Positions 1-8,731 of a stretch of 64,000 bases of DNA are shown piece by piece. The translations under genes were made by a program, and so were the position numbers. The DNA comes from Cellvibrio sp. (GTDB taxonomy: Bacteria; Pseudomonadota; Gammaproteobacteria; Pseudomonadales; Cellvibrionaceae). Below the pieces are notes generated by a model. That model was not told where the DNA came from. It worked only from the letters and a program-made list of their open reading frames with translations, and made no database searches. Within the stretch, counting starts at the first letter, position 1. Each line of letters begins with the position of its first letter. The stretch lies in assembly GCA_016712405.1 (NCBI GenBank), contig JADJRD010000006.1, positions 8,875 through 72,874 on the forward strand. Direction: 5' to 3'.

Positions 1-1
1 A

Positions 2-3000
2 TTTGGCAAAGAAAATTTAGCGCAAGGTAACGGTGCTGTAGGTGCAATATCCATGATTGCCATTTTGATGGGCATAGGTGTCTTCTCAATATTTTTTGAA
101 CATTCTTATCCCGCTACTGCATCAACTGAAGCAGATGTAATTCGCGCTATGGCACCACTCGGTTGGTTATTGGTGTTGGGCAGCGTGATTGAGTTGTTGA
201 TGATTTATCGCTTACCCCAATCAGTCGAAGCCGAACCCAAAACACAAGAATTTTCGACCAAAGCTTATTTCACCGGAAAATTATTTGCTGAAGATATGGC
301 ACCGGTTTTACGTCGCCGTGTGATTCGTTTATCCGTTGTTGGCTTGGCAATTTTCTGGGGCGTGGGTCAAGTGATGCTGGCTGCATTCCCGGCATTTATC
401 AAAGAAGAATTGGCGATGGACAACGCCATGATTGTGCAAGGCATTTTAGCTTGCAGCGGAATTGGTATTGCTATTGGTTCTATTTTTGCGGGACGCTTCT
501 CAAAAAATTATATTGAAACAGGTTTGTTACCCATTGGTGCATTGGGTTTTGCTTTAGGTTTAATTTGTTTACCTTTCTTACATTCAACCAGTGCATTTAT
601 CACCGCATTTCTATTTATCGGTTTCTGCGGCGGTATATTTACCGTACCACTTAATGCACTGATTCAATTTCACGCCAATGAAAATGAATTGGGCCGCACA
701 CTCGCAGCCAATAACTGGGTACAAAATGTCACCATGCTGACCTTTTTAGGTTTGACTGTGGGTTTTGCCTATGCGGGATTTTCCAGTAAAACCTTATTGC
801 AAATTATTGCAGCCATTGCTTTCATCGGTTGCTGTTACTGTATTTACGAATTACCGCAAAGTATGGTGCGTTTTGTTTTCTCGTTTATGTTTTCACAACG
901 TTATCGTGTGTTAGTACAAGGCATGAAAAATATTCCATCCAAAGGTGGCGTATTAATGCTGGGTAATCATGTGAGCTGGATTGACTGGGCGATTTTACAA
1001 TTAGCCAGCCCTCGCCCTGTACGTTTTGTGATGTTACGTAGCATTTATGATCGCTGGTATTTACGTTGGTTTTTAGATTTATTCGGTTGCATTCCGATTG
1101 AATCAGGAGCACAAAGCCGTAGAGCATTGGATGCAGTAGCGGAAAGTTTAAATAAAGGCGATGTAGTTTGTTTGTTCCCTGAAGGTGCCATTAGTCGCAC
1201 GGGTCATTTGGGTGAATTCCGTCGAGGCTATGAACGCGCCTGTGAAAATGCTAACGACGACGTGGTGATTGTACCTTTCTATTTACGTGGATTATGGGGC
1301 AGCCAATTTTCTCGTTCATCACGTCGATTAAAAACACAAAATCGTCCTTTAATCAAACGTGATTTAATTATCGCTTTTGGTCAACCACTTAACAAAAATA
1401 CCAAAGCCGATTTATTAAAACGTCGTGTGTTAGATTTATCGATTCAATCCTGGCAGGAATATATCGATGGTTTACCCAGTATCGGTAAACAATGGATAGA
1501 TACCGCCAAACGTGTCGGCAATCAATTAGCGATTATCGATACTCTGGGAACCGAACTGTCTGCACATCGCGCACTGGCGGGTGCCAGTGCTATGGCATCG
1601 CGTATTGCCAAATTACCTGAAGAAAATATTGGTGTGTTATTACCCACCAGCGCAGCGGGTGTTATTACCAATATGGCGGTAACGCTGAGCGGTAAAACCT
1701 TGATCAATTTAAATTACACCGCTAACGAAGCAGGTTTCTTGTCAGCAATAGAACAAGCGCAAATCAAAACCGTTTTCACATCCGCACGTTTTATCAAAAA
1801 GCTGGAAGGTAAAGGCATTAATATTGGCAACTTGTTGCAACAAGTGAATGTGATTGACCTTGAAGATTTTTCCAAACAAATTTCCACCGCCGAAAAAATA
1901 TTTCGTTTGCTGACAATCAAATTGTTACCTGCATTTGCACTGAAAGCTTTATTCACTCATGGCAAACAAAGCCCGGATAATACCGCCGTGATTTTATTTT
2001 CCAGCGGCAGTGAAGGTATTCCCAAGGGTGTACAAATCAGTCATCGCAATATTGGCGCCAACATTAAACAAATTCGCGATGTGTTAAACATCGAAGAAAA
2101 AGATGTGGTCATGGCCAATCTGCCACTGTTCCATGCATTTGGTTTAACTGTGACTCAATTTATGCCGCTACTTGAAGGCGTGCCCATGATCACTCACGCC
2201 GATCCAACCGATGCGCTCGGCAGCGCCAAAGCAATAGCGACTCACAACGCAACCGTTTTATTTGGCACATCGACTTTCTTGCGTTTGTATTCACGCAATC
2301 ACAAAGTGCATCCACTTATGCTGAAATCACTTCGCTTAGTCGTTGCCGGTGCAGAAAAATTACAGGAAGAAGTACGCACTGCATTTAATTTGAAATTTAA
2401 TTTACCAATATATGAAGGCTACGGCGCAACAGAAACCACACCCGTTGCCAGCGTCAATCTACCCGACAAAATTGAAACCCAATATTGGTCAGTACAATTA
2501 GGCAACAAACAAGGTTCTGTTGGCCTGCCCTTACCCGGTTCAAGCTGCCGCATTGTTGACCCGGTGACTTTCGAAGAATTACCAACAGGCGAAGCCGGTA
2601 TGATTTTAATCGGCGGAGCACAAGTCATGCTCGGTTATTTAAATAATCCTGAAAAAACTGCAAGTGCCATAAAAGAAATCAACGGCATGCGTTGGTACGT
2701 CACTGGTGATAAAGGCGTCATCGATGAAGATGGATTTTTATTTATCCAAGACCGCTATTCCCGCTTCGCAAAAATTGCCGGCGAAATGGTGAGTTTGACT
2801 TTAGTGGAATCCACATTAAAAAAATCTATCCCTGACGAAGCCATTCAAGTCATAGTCGTTGCAATTGAAGATCCCAAAAAAGGAGAGCGTTTAATCGCCA
2901 TTACCAACGGTCAAGTCGATAAAGACAAAATCCGCGCAGAAGCCCAACAGAACGGTTTGAATACCCTCGCCATTCCCAGTGATTGGATGCAGGTAGAAAC

Positions 3001-3091
3001 ACTTCCTTTATTAGGCTCGGGGAAAACGGATTTTAGTGCGGCGAAGAAAATGGCGCTTGAGTGGAGTAAGGATGCGAGTGGCGAGGAATAA
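2..3091 (+). CDS. aas: MFS + acyltransferase + AMP-binding fusion (acyl-ACP-phospholipid O-acyltransferase / Aas-LplT type); 5' end outside window
   Basis: MFS helices, PlsC motifs NHVSWID and FPEG, AMP-binding motifs LFSSGSEGIPKG and YEGYGATE; frame is open from position 2 (FGKENLAQGNGAVGAISM). Confidence 0.9.
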   Translation, partial: FGKENLAQGNGAVGAISMIAILMGIGVFSIFFEHSYPATASTEADVIRAMAPLGWLLVLGSVIELLMIYRLPQSVEAEPKTQEFSTKAYFTGKLFAEDMAPVLRRRVIRLSVVGLAIFWGVGQVMLAAFPAFIKEELAMDNAMIVQGILACSGIGIAIGSIFAGRFSKNYIETGLLPIGALGFALGLICLPFLHSTSAFITAFLFIGFCGGIFTVPLNALIQFHANENELGRTLAANNWVQNVTMLTFLGLTVGFAYAGFSSKTLLQIIAAIAFIGCCYCIYELPQSMVRFVFSFMFSQRYRVLVQGMKNIPSKGGVLMLGNHVSWIDWAILQLASPRPVRFVMLRSIYDRWYLRWFLDLFGCIPIESGAQSRRALDAVAESLNKGDVVCLFPEGAISRTGHLGEFRRGYERACENANDDVVIVPFYLRGLWGSQFSRSSRRLKTQNRPLIKRDLIIAFGQPLNKNTKADLLKRRVLDLSIQSWQEYIDGLPSIGKQWIDTAKRVGNQLAIIDTLGTELSAHRALAGASAMASRIAKLPEENIGVLLPTSAAGVITNMAVTLSGKTLINLNYTANEAGFLSAIEQAQIKTVFTSARFIKKLEGKGINIGNLLQQVNVIDLEDFSKQISTAEKIFRLLTIKLLPAFALKALFTHGKQSPDNTAVILFSSGSEGIPKGVQISHRNIGANIKQIRDVLNIEEKDVVMANLPLFHAFGLTVTQFMPLLEGVPMITHADPTDALGSAKAIATHNATVLFGTSTFLRLYSRNHKVHPLMLKSLRLVVAGAEKLQEEVRTAFNLKFNLPIYEGYGATETTPVASVNLPDKIETQYWSVQLGNKQGSVGLPLPGSSCRIVDPVTFEELPTGEAGMILIGGAQVMLGYLNNPEKTASAIKEINGMRWYVTGDKGVIDEDGFLFIQDRYSRFAKIAGEMVSLTLVESTLKKSIPDEAIQVIVVAIEDPKKGERLIAITNGQVDKDKIRAEAQQNGLNTLAIPSDWMQVETLPLLGSGKTDFSAAKKMALEWSKDASGEE

Positions 3092-3094
3092 TTA

Positions 3095-3409
3095 ATGCGA
3101 TGCTTATTTCTATTTCCTGGAGTGCCAATATTTTGTTTCAATTTACTAGTACTAGGCGGGGTAGATTTCCCCGCAGAGTTTGAAATCTTAGGCAGGCAAA
3201 TAAATGATTTTGAATCCCTTACATTTAGCGGTAAAACTTTAGCAAACCTTATAGAAATTTATATTGCAGCTTTGATAGGTATTATTGCTTCAATAATGCT
3301 GTATTTCAAAAAGCCAAAAAAATTATCGATCAATAGCTGGAAATTTATTGGTATTTTTTACTTAGTCGTTATTTTCATTTATATATTAATGCCTGCATTA
3401 CCTGAATAA
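3095..3409 (+). CDS. small AT-rich hypothetical membrane protein
   Basis: 104-aa ORF directly after the aas stop, 2-3 hydrophobic segments, no recognised motif. Confidence 0.45.
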   Translation: MRCLFLFPGVPIFCFNLLVLGGVDFPAEFEILGRQINDFESLTFSGKTLANLIEIYIAALIGIIASIMLYFKKPKKLSINSWKFIGIFYLVVIFIYILMPALPE

Positions 3410-3439
3410 AATCCTGAAGACTGACTTTTGTTGATTCAA

Positions 3440-4267
3440 TTAGAGATCATAAAATTTTATCGCACTCCCACCAAACACAGCCTCAGCTTCTCCAGCCGTT
3501 AAATCGCGACACAATAATTGGGCGATGCGATGCCAATTGGCATAATCACTGGCGAGATTAACTACTGGCCAATCGCTTCCCCACATTAGGCGACTTGCAC
3601 CAAATGTTGAAAAAAGGTGTTTAACGTAAGCAGATAATGTTGTTTCGTCGCTTCCAGCGGGAGCTTCGGTAAGAAGGCCGGATAATTTGCAATAAACTTG
3701 TGGGCGTTGCGCAAGTTGCGCCATGTTTTCAGCCCAGGGGGAGAATTCTGATTTAATAATATTCGGTTTTGCTCCATGATCGACGACGACTTTTAATTCA
3801 GGGTAGCGATCGACAATGGTGATCAAATTGGAAATATGAATCGGCTTGATTAATGCATCAAAAGTTAAATCATGTGCAATTAAATATTGAAAAATCACAT
3901 CCAATTCCGGTTTTAAAATCCAATCCTTATCTTCAATATCTTGAATAACCGGTCTGATTCCGAGCAATTTATTTTCTATCGATATTTCCTTTAATTGTTC
4001 AATGCCACAGGGTTCGGCCATATCCACCCAGCCCACAACACCTGCAATAAAATCAAATTGATTTGCCAAACCTAGAATAAATTTTGTTTCTTCAAATGTT
4101 GGTGCAGCCTGTACCAAAACGGTTTTGCTGATATTTTCTTGCTTGATCAGTGGAATTATATCAGCAGGTAAATAATCGCGATAAAGCACCGACATGGAAG
4201 GAGAAATCCATGAGTAGTCGCCTCTGGCTAATTGCCAAAAATGTTGGTGCGCATCAACTTTAATCAT
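3440..4267 (-). CDS. amidohydrolase_2 family, L-fucono/L-rhamnono-lactonase-like
   Basis: DAHQH, DHGAKP and WGSDWP motifs. Confidence 0.85.
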   Translation of the reverse strand: MIKVDAHQHFWQLARGDYSWISPSMSVLYRDYLPADIIPLIKQENISKTVLVQAAPTFEETKFILGLANQFDFIAGVVGWVDMAEPCGIEQLKEISIENKLLGIRPVIQDIEDKDWILKPELDVIFQYLIAHDLTFDALIKPIHISNLITIVDRYPELKVVVDHGAKPNIIKSEFSPWAENMAQLAQRPQVYCKLSGLLTEAPAGSDETTLSAYVKHLFSTFGASRLMWGSDWPVVNLASDYANWHRIAQLLCRDLTAGEAEAVFGGSAIKFYDL

Positions 4268-4282
4268 AAAGGTCTCAATTTA

Positions 4283-5293
4283 TTATATTCTGACTATCGC
4301 TTTTATCATGGAATCACGACTTTCGATCCAATGTGGGAAAAGCTCCGGAAGCTGATCCAGTGTTGCACTATGAGTATTTAATTGATCGGTTGGAATCAGA
4401 TCTTGTCGGATTGATTCGATGACATGCTCAAAATCAACGCGTGTGGCATTGCGACTACCAATGATGCGCATTTCTCGAGAGTGGAATAATGGATCAGAAA
4501 AAGTGATATCGTCTTTTACTACACTGATAAACACGCAGGTTCCACCATGAGCAACATAATGCAAACTTTTTTGCATCGCATTTTTGTTGCCCGTTGCATC
4601 CAATACCACATCGAAAAACTCGCCATCGGTTATTTGTTTTAATTGTTCAGCGGCCAATTCGTTAAGCGCAACCCCAACAGAATTTTTAACAAGCGATGCA
4701 GCACGATTCACACGTTCTTCACTCACATCCAACAATGTGACCGATGCACCGGCAATTGAAGCAAAAAAAGCGGCACCCAAACCAATCGGGCCCGCACCTA
4801 CCACCAATACCCGATCATTTTTACGCACTTCTCCGCGACGAACACCATGAGCGCCGACAGATAAAAACTCCACCATTGCGCATTGATCCAGTGTTAAACC
4901 TTTTGCAGAATAAATTGCAGAAACCGGAGCAATTAAATACTCACACATACCACCATCAGCATGAACGCCCAAAACACTAATATTAACGCAACAATTGGGC
5001 TTTTCTTTTCGACAAGCGATGCAAGTACCACAAGGCAAATAGGGATTTAATATGACGGGATCTCCCGGCTTGAATTCCGACCCCTCGTCAATTTCAAACA
5101 CCTCGCCGGACACTTCATGCCCCATGACTCGCGGATATTGTAAAAACGGATGTAACCCTTCGTAGATGTGAAAATCAGTTCCACACAAACCCACACGTTT
5201 TATTTTTATTTTTACTTCATTTTTTTTCCGCACTGGCTCAGCACGATTTTCCAATTGAAGTTTACCAGGCTCGGTACAGACTAAAGATTGCAT
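4283..5293 (-). CDS. Zn-dependent sugar-acid/polyol dehydrogenase (L-galactonate/L-gulonate dehydrogenase-like)
   Basis: CGTD, GHE, structural Zn CGTCIACRKEKPNCC, GAGPIG. Confidence 0.85.
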   Translation of the reverse strand: MQSLVCTEPGKLQLENRAEPVRKKNEVKIKIKRVGLCGTDFHIYEGLHPFLQYPRVMGHEVSGEVFEIDEGSEFKPGDPVILNPYLPCGTCIACRKEKPNCCVNISVLGVHADGGMCEYLIAPVSAIYSAKGLTLDQCAMVEFLSVGAHGVRRGEVRKNDRVLVVGAGPIGLGAAFFASIAGASVTLLDVSEERVNRAASLVKNSVGVALNELAAEQLKQITDGEFFDVVLDATGNKNAMQKSLHYVAHGGTCVFISVVKDDITFSDPLFHSREMRIIGSRNATRVDFEHVIESIRQDLIPTDQLNTHSATLDQLPELFPHWIESRDSMIKAIVRI

Positions 5294-5438
5294 AGATTTC
5301 TCGATGGCAGCATTATGAAGGTCATTATTGATAACTCAGAATAATACTGCCCACCGACCAGTGTCTAGCGGAAATCTCAAGAAAAAATAACTGACAGGTT
5401 AAAAATAGTTAAGCCTGCCTGAAAAATTTCAATCTTTT

Positions 5439-5575
5439 TTACTCCGGCAACACCTCAAATTCGGCATGAAAAATCATTGGATACTGCAGCATCTACACCA
5501 ACCCAAGCGTCATTGGATGAAAGCACAGTCGCATTGGGTAATAACCATGCAGCATGAGCAAGGGAGAGGGTATTT
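5439..5575 (-). pseudogene. collapsed DUF4198-family remnant
   Basis: Minus strand reads [34 protein letters not shown], then one frame over HAEFEVLPE*; matches my recollection of DUF4198 N- and C-termini and lies at the expected position after DUF2271. Confidence 0.65.
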
Positions 5576-6088
5576 TTAATTCATTCTTAATCTAACCTCA
5601 CCCAATTCCTTACTACCCTTCACACTCAATTCTGTTTTTCCTTTTACTGGCCAACTAAAAGGAATTTTTATCAATTCACGACCACCGACTTCACGCGTTG
5701 CTTCTACCATTAACACATAATCACCTTTCGTTAGTTTTTCCAAGGGTGCTTGCCCTTGTGTAAAATGCAATTTATGTAGACCTGGTTTTTTAGTAGCACC
5801 ACTCACTCCGTCAATTGGCATATCGCTACTGCGACCAATAACGCGCCACCATTGACGCAAATCTTTCAACCACTCCTCACCATCTTCACTTTTTTCACCA
5901 CCCGATTCCAACTGATACCAAACGGATAGGTTTTTCACCTTTTTGTCCGGTGTTTGTAACCAAACAGCTACATAAGGGTTGTGGTATTCAGCAACGTCAA
6001 AATTTGGCAATTGGATTTGAATATCAATGTCAGCAGCAAAGGTTATAACCGGAAATAAAGAAAAAATAATGAAATATTTTTTTAGCAT
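5576..6088 (-). CDS. DUF2271 domain periplasmic protein
   Basis: Signal peptide [47 protein letters not shown]; start reassigned to ATG 6088. Confidence 0.85.
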   Translation of the reverse strand: MLKKYFIIFSLFPVITFAADIDIQIQLPNFDVAEYHNPYVAVWLQTPDKKVKNLSVWYQLESGGEKSEDGEEWLKDLRQWWRVIGRSSDMPIDGVSGATKKPGLHKLHFTQGQAPLEKLTKGDYVLMVEATREVGGRELIKIPFSWPVKGKTELSVKGSKELGEVRLRMN

Positions 6089-6119
6089 AGCGATCTCTTT
6101 TAAAATTGTGGAAAAAAAA

Positions 6120-6178
6120 CCCTCCCTCTCCCCTTTCATAAGGAAAGGGTTAGGGTTAGGGTTATGGTTAAGGGAGAG
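6120..6178. repeat. degenerate single arm of the CCCTCTCCC/GGGTTAGGG palindromic element with tandem TTAGGG
   Basis: ccctccctctcccctttcataaggaaagggttagggttagggttatggttaagggagag. Confidence 0.6.
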
Positions 6179-6183
6179 TGCAA

Positions 6184-6804
6184 TCAATGCATCGAAATAA
6201 TTAATATAATCCAGGGCGCTATAACACCTATCAATAACACGGGATAAGTTGCACGACGATTGCCGGAATATCGCCACAACAACCAAAATCCAGACAAACA
6301 AAAAATCAAGCAGCAGATAGACACAAAATCCATAAACCAACGCCAAGCTTCACTGGTATTGCGACCTTTGTGTAAGTCGTTCAAGTATGCGATCCAACCA
6401 CGTGAGGTTTCTTCATAAATCCATTCACCGGTTTCACGATCAATGCTCAACCAAGCATCACCACCGGGCTTCGGTAAAGCCAAATAAATTTCATCGCTAT
6501 TCCATTCAGCCGTTTTTTTTGGAATATTCAAATCGGCTTGTTTATCAAACCAATTAATGACAGATACCGATAAAGGCTGTTGTTTTTCATCATCGCCCGA
6601 TATTTGTGATAACAGACTTTCTGGCAGCGTCTTTTCGATCGTCAACACCTTGGGATCCGCTTTGATGCTATCCGCATGATTCAAAGTAATACCGGTCACA
6701 GCAAATAAAAAAACAGCAACCAAACAAATAGCAGAGCTCATCCAGTGCAAACTTCGGATAAAGGGCACCCAGCTAGTCTTCTTAGTTTTTTTGATGTGCT
6801 TCAT
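6184..6804 (-). CDS. PepSY-associated TM helix protein (PiuB-like)
   Basis: LHWMSSA, GITLNH, YLNDLHKGRNT motifs; three TM helices. Confidence 0.85.
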   Translation of the reverse strand: MKHIKKTKKTSWVPFIRSLHWMSSAICLVAVFLFAVTGITLNHADSIKADPKVLTIEKTLPESLLSQISGDDEKQQPLSVSVINWFDKQADLNIPKKTAEWNSDEIYLALPKPGGDAWLSIDRETGEWIYEETSRGWIAYLNDLHKGRNTSEAWRWFMDFVSICCLIFCLSGFWLLWRYSGNRRATYPVLLIGVIAPWIILIISMH

Positions 6805-6812
6805 ATTTTCAA

Positions 6813-7496
6813 TCAAGTACTTGCCCAGCTTCGCAACAGATTATGATAAATACCCGTGAGACGAATTAATTCCGGATCTGTTGCAGAAAGTTTGCGACTA
6901 AGCTCTTGAATAGTTTCATCCAATTCAAATAAAAGACTACGTTTTTTTTCGTCGCGCACATAACTTTCAATCCAAAAAAATGACGCAAAACGTGCCCCTT
7001 CACTGACGGGTTTTACCTGATGCACATAACCGGACGAATAAAGCACCATATCCCCGGCGGGTAATTTAATACCTTGGCCGCCTTCTATACCTTCAACATA
7101 CAATTCGCCTCCCTCATATTCATCAGGCTCTGATAAAAATAAAGTAGCCGACAAATCACCTCGCACACTGGTTGATGTACCCGGCACTGGCATTACCGCG
7201 CTATCAATATGCGCACCATAGCTGCCGCCTTGGGTATAGCAATTGAATTTGGGGGGATAGATTTTTACAGGCAATGCGGAGGATACAAATAATGGATGGT
7301 TGCCCAGTTTTCGCAAAATATGATTACGCAATCCCGTCGCCAATTCAGAACTATCATCTAATTGCAAATTATTTTTAACTTGGGTCGCTAAACTGCCTGC
7401 TGTATTTGCGCCAGATTCCCAATTTGCATTTTTTAGATGATCACGAAACTGTTTCACTTCATCTTTGCTTAATAATTTTTCAATAATACATAACAT
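6813..7496 (-). CDS. piuC: PKHD-type Fe(II)/2-oxoglutarate dioxygenase (PiuC/YbiX)
   Basis: [43 protein letters not shown]. Confidence 0.9.
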   Translation of the reverse strand: MLCIIEKLLSKDEVKQFRDHLKNANWESGANTAGSLATQVKNNLQLDDSSELATGLRNHILRKLGNHPLFVSSALPVKIYPPKFNCYTQGGSYGAHIDSAVMPVPGTSTSVRGDLSATLFLSEPDEYEGGELYVEGIEGGQGIKLPAGDMVLYSSGYVHQVKPVSEGARFASFFWIESYVRDEKKRSLLFELDETIQELSRKLSATDPELIRLTGIYHNLLRSWAST

Positions 7497-7567
7497 GATG
7501 ACTTAACTCATTCTGGTAAATACAAGACATTAAATTCAAATCGATTCATTTTTAAACCGATACTTTC

Positions 7568-8689
7568 TCAAATTGATACTTTCTCAACTCGACAGTTACG
7601 AATAGCCTGTAAATTTGCACAACCCGCTTGTGCCATGCAAAGCTCCAATTCTTCGCGCAGTAATTTCAACATGTGCGCAACACCTAATGCACCCGCAACA
7701 CTCAACGCGTAAACCTGCAAGCGACCAATTAATACCGCATCAGCACCCAAGGCTATAGCTTTAAAAATATCCAAACCCGAACGAATACCACCGTCAAATA
7801 ACACGGGATATTCATCGCCGAGAATTGCGCGAATAGCAGCAAGACAATTCAAACTGGCCATAGCGCCGTCAAAACTTCGACCACCATGATTTGATACCAC
7901 CACAGCAGCAGCACCCAGTTTTTTTATCCTTAAAGCATCATCAGGATGCAACACTCCTTTCACAATCACAGGTAAATGTGTTTGATTGATCAACCATTGC
8001 AAATCCGCCCAAGTTGGTGCGTCTTGCATAATCCCTTTAAAAATTCGACTCTCACCTGCAGCCAATACTCTGGGCGAATTGATTTCATAGTCCTGCAAAT
8101 TAACCGCAACACAATCAGCCGGCATTTGAAATTGCGAACGTAATGCACCCAAGCTGGGTGTACGAATGGTCGCGTCGAGTGTCACCACCAAAGCACGATA
8201 ATTTGCTGCTTCAGCTCGGCGGATTAAATCAAGTGTGGCTTCAATATTGGGTTGAAAATATAACTGAAACCATTTTTCTTCCGTACCAATTGCCGCGATT
8301 TCCTCCAAACTTTGGCTAGCGAGTGTGCTGAGTATCATGCAGCTTTGCATAACACTGGCCGCACGCGCCGTTTCAATTTCACCAGCAGGATGCGCAAGTT
8401 TTTGATAAGCCACAGGCGCCAAAAAAATGGGGTGCGCAAATTCACGACCCAATAACCCCAGCCTTGTATGAGCATCACCAAGATCAGGCAATAAACGCGG
8501 GCAAATAAACCATTGATCAAACGCCCTGCGATTAGCAGCCAAGGTTTTATCCTGTCCACTGCCACCCGCAATATATTCCAAACCAGGAGCAGGAATAAAT
8601 CGTGCCGCAAGAGATTCATAATCCGCCGCACAGTGAATATCCGCAGGAATAAAATCCAAGGGCGATAATAAAGATAAATTCTCTTTCAT
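7568..8689 (-). CDS. FMN-dependent alpha-hydroxy-acid oxidase/dehydrogenase
   Basis: LAPVAYQ, VVTLDA, VKGVLHPDDA, VSNHGGR, DGGIRSG. Confidence 0.9.
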   Translation of the reverse strand: MKENLSLLSPLDFIPADIHCAADYESLAARFIPAPGLEYIAGGSGQDKTLAANRRAFDQWFICPRLLPDLGDAHTRLGLLGREFAHPIFLAPVAYQKLAHPAGEIETARAASVMQSCMILSTLASQSLEEIAAIGTEEKWFQLYFQPNIEATLDLIRRAEAANYRALVVTLDATIRTPSLGALRSQFQMPADCVAVNLQDYEINSPRVLAAGESRIFKGIMQDAPTWADLQWLINQTHLPVIVKGVLHPDDALRIKKLGAAAVVVSNHGGRSFDGAMASLNCLAAIRAILGDEYPVLFDGGIRSGLDIFKAIALGADAVLIGRLQVYALSVAGALGVAHMLKLLREELELCMAQAGCANLQAIRNCRVEKVSI

Positions 8690-8715
8690 AAAAAAAAGCC
8701 GAGCTAAGCTCGGCT
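8690..8715 (-). terminator. intrinsic terminator after the TonB-dependent receptor
   Basis: AGCCGAGC-tta-GCTCGGCT followed by a T run on the minus strand. Confidence 0.7.
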
Positions 8716-8731
8716 ATCTCATCATTAAGGA

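Noticed and set aside
6147-6174. TTAGGG as a eukaryotic telomere fragment or contamination
   Set aside because: Only 2-3 units, continuous with the GGGTTAGGG motif of the local repeat family
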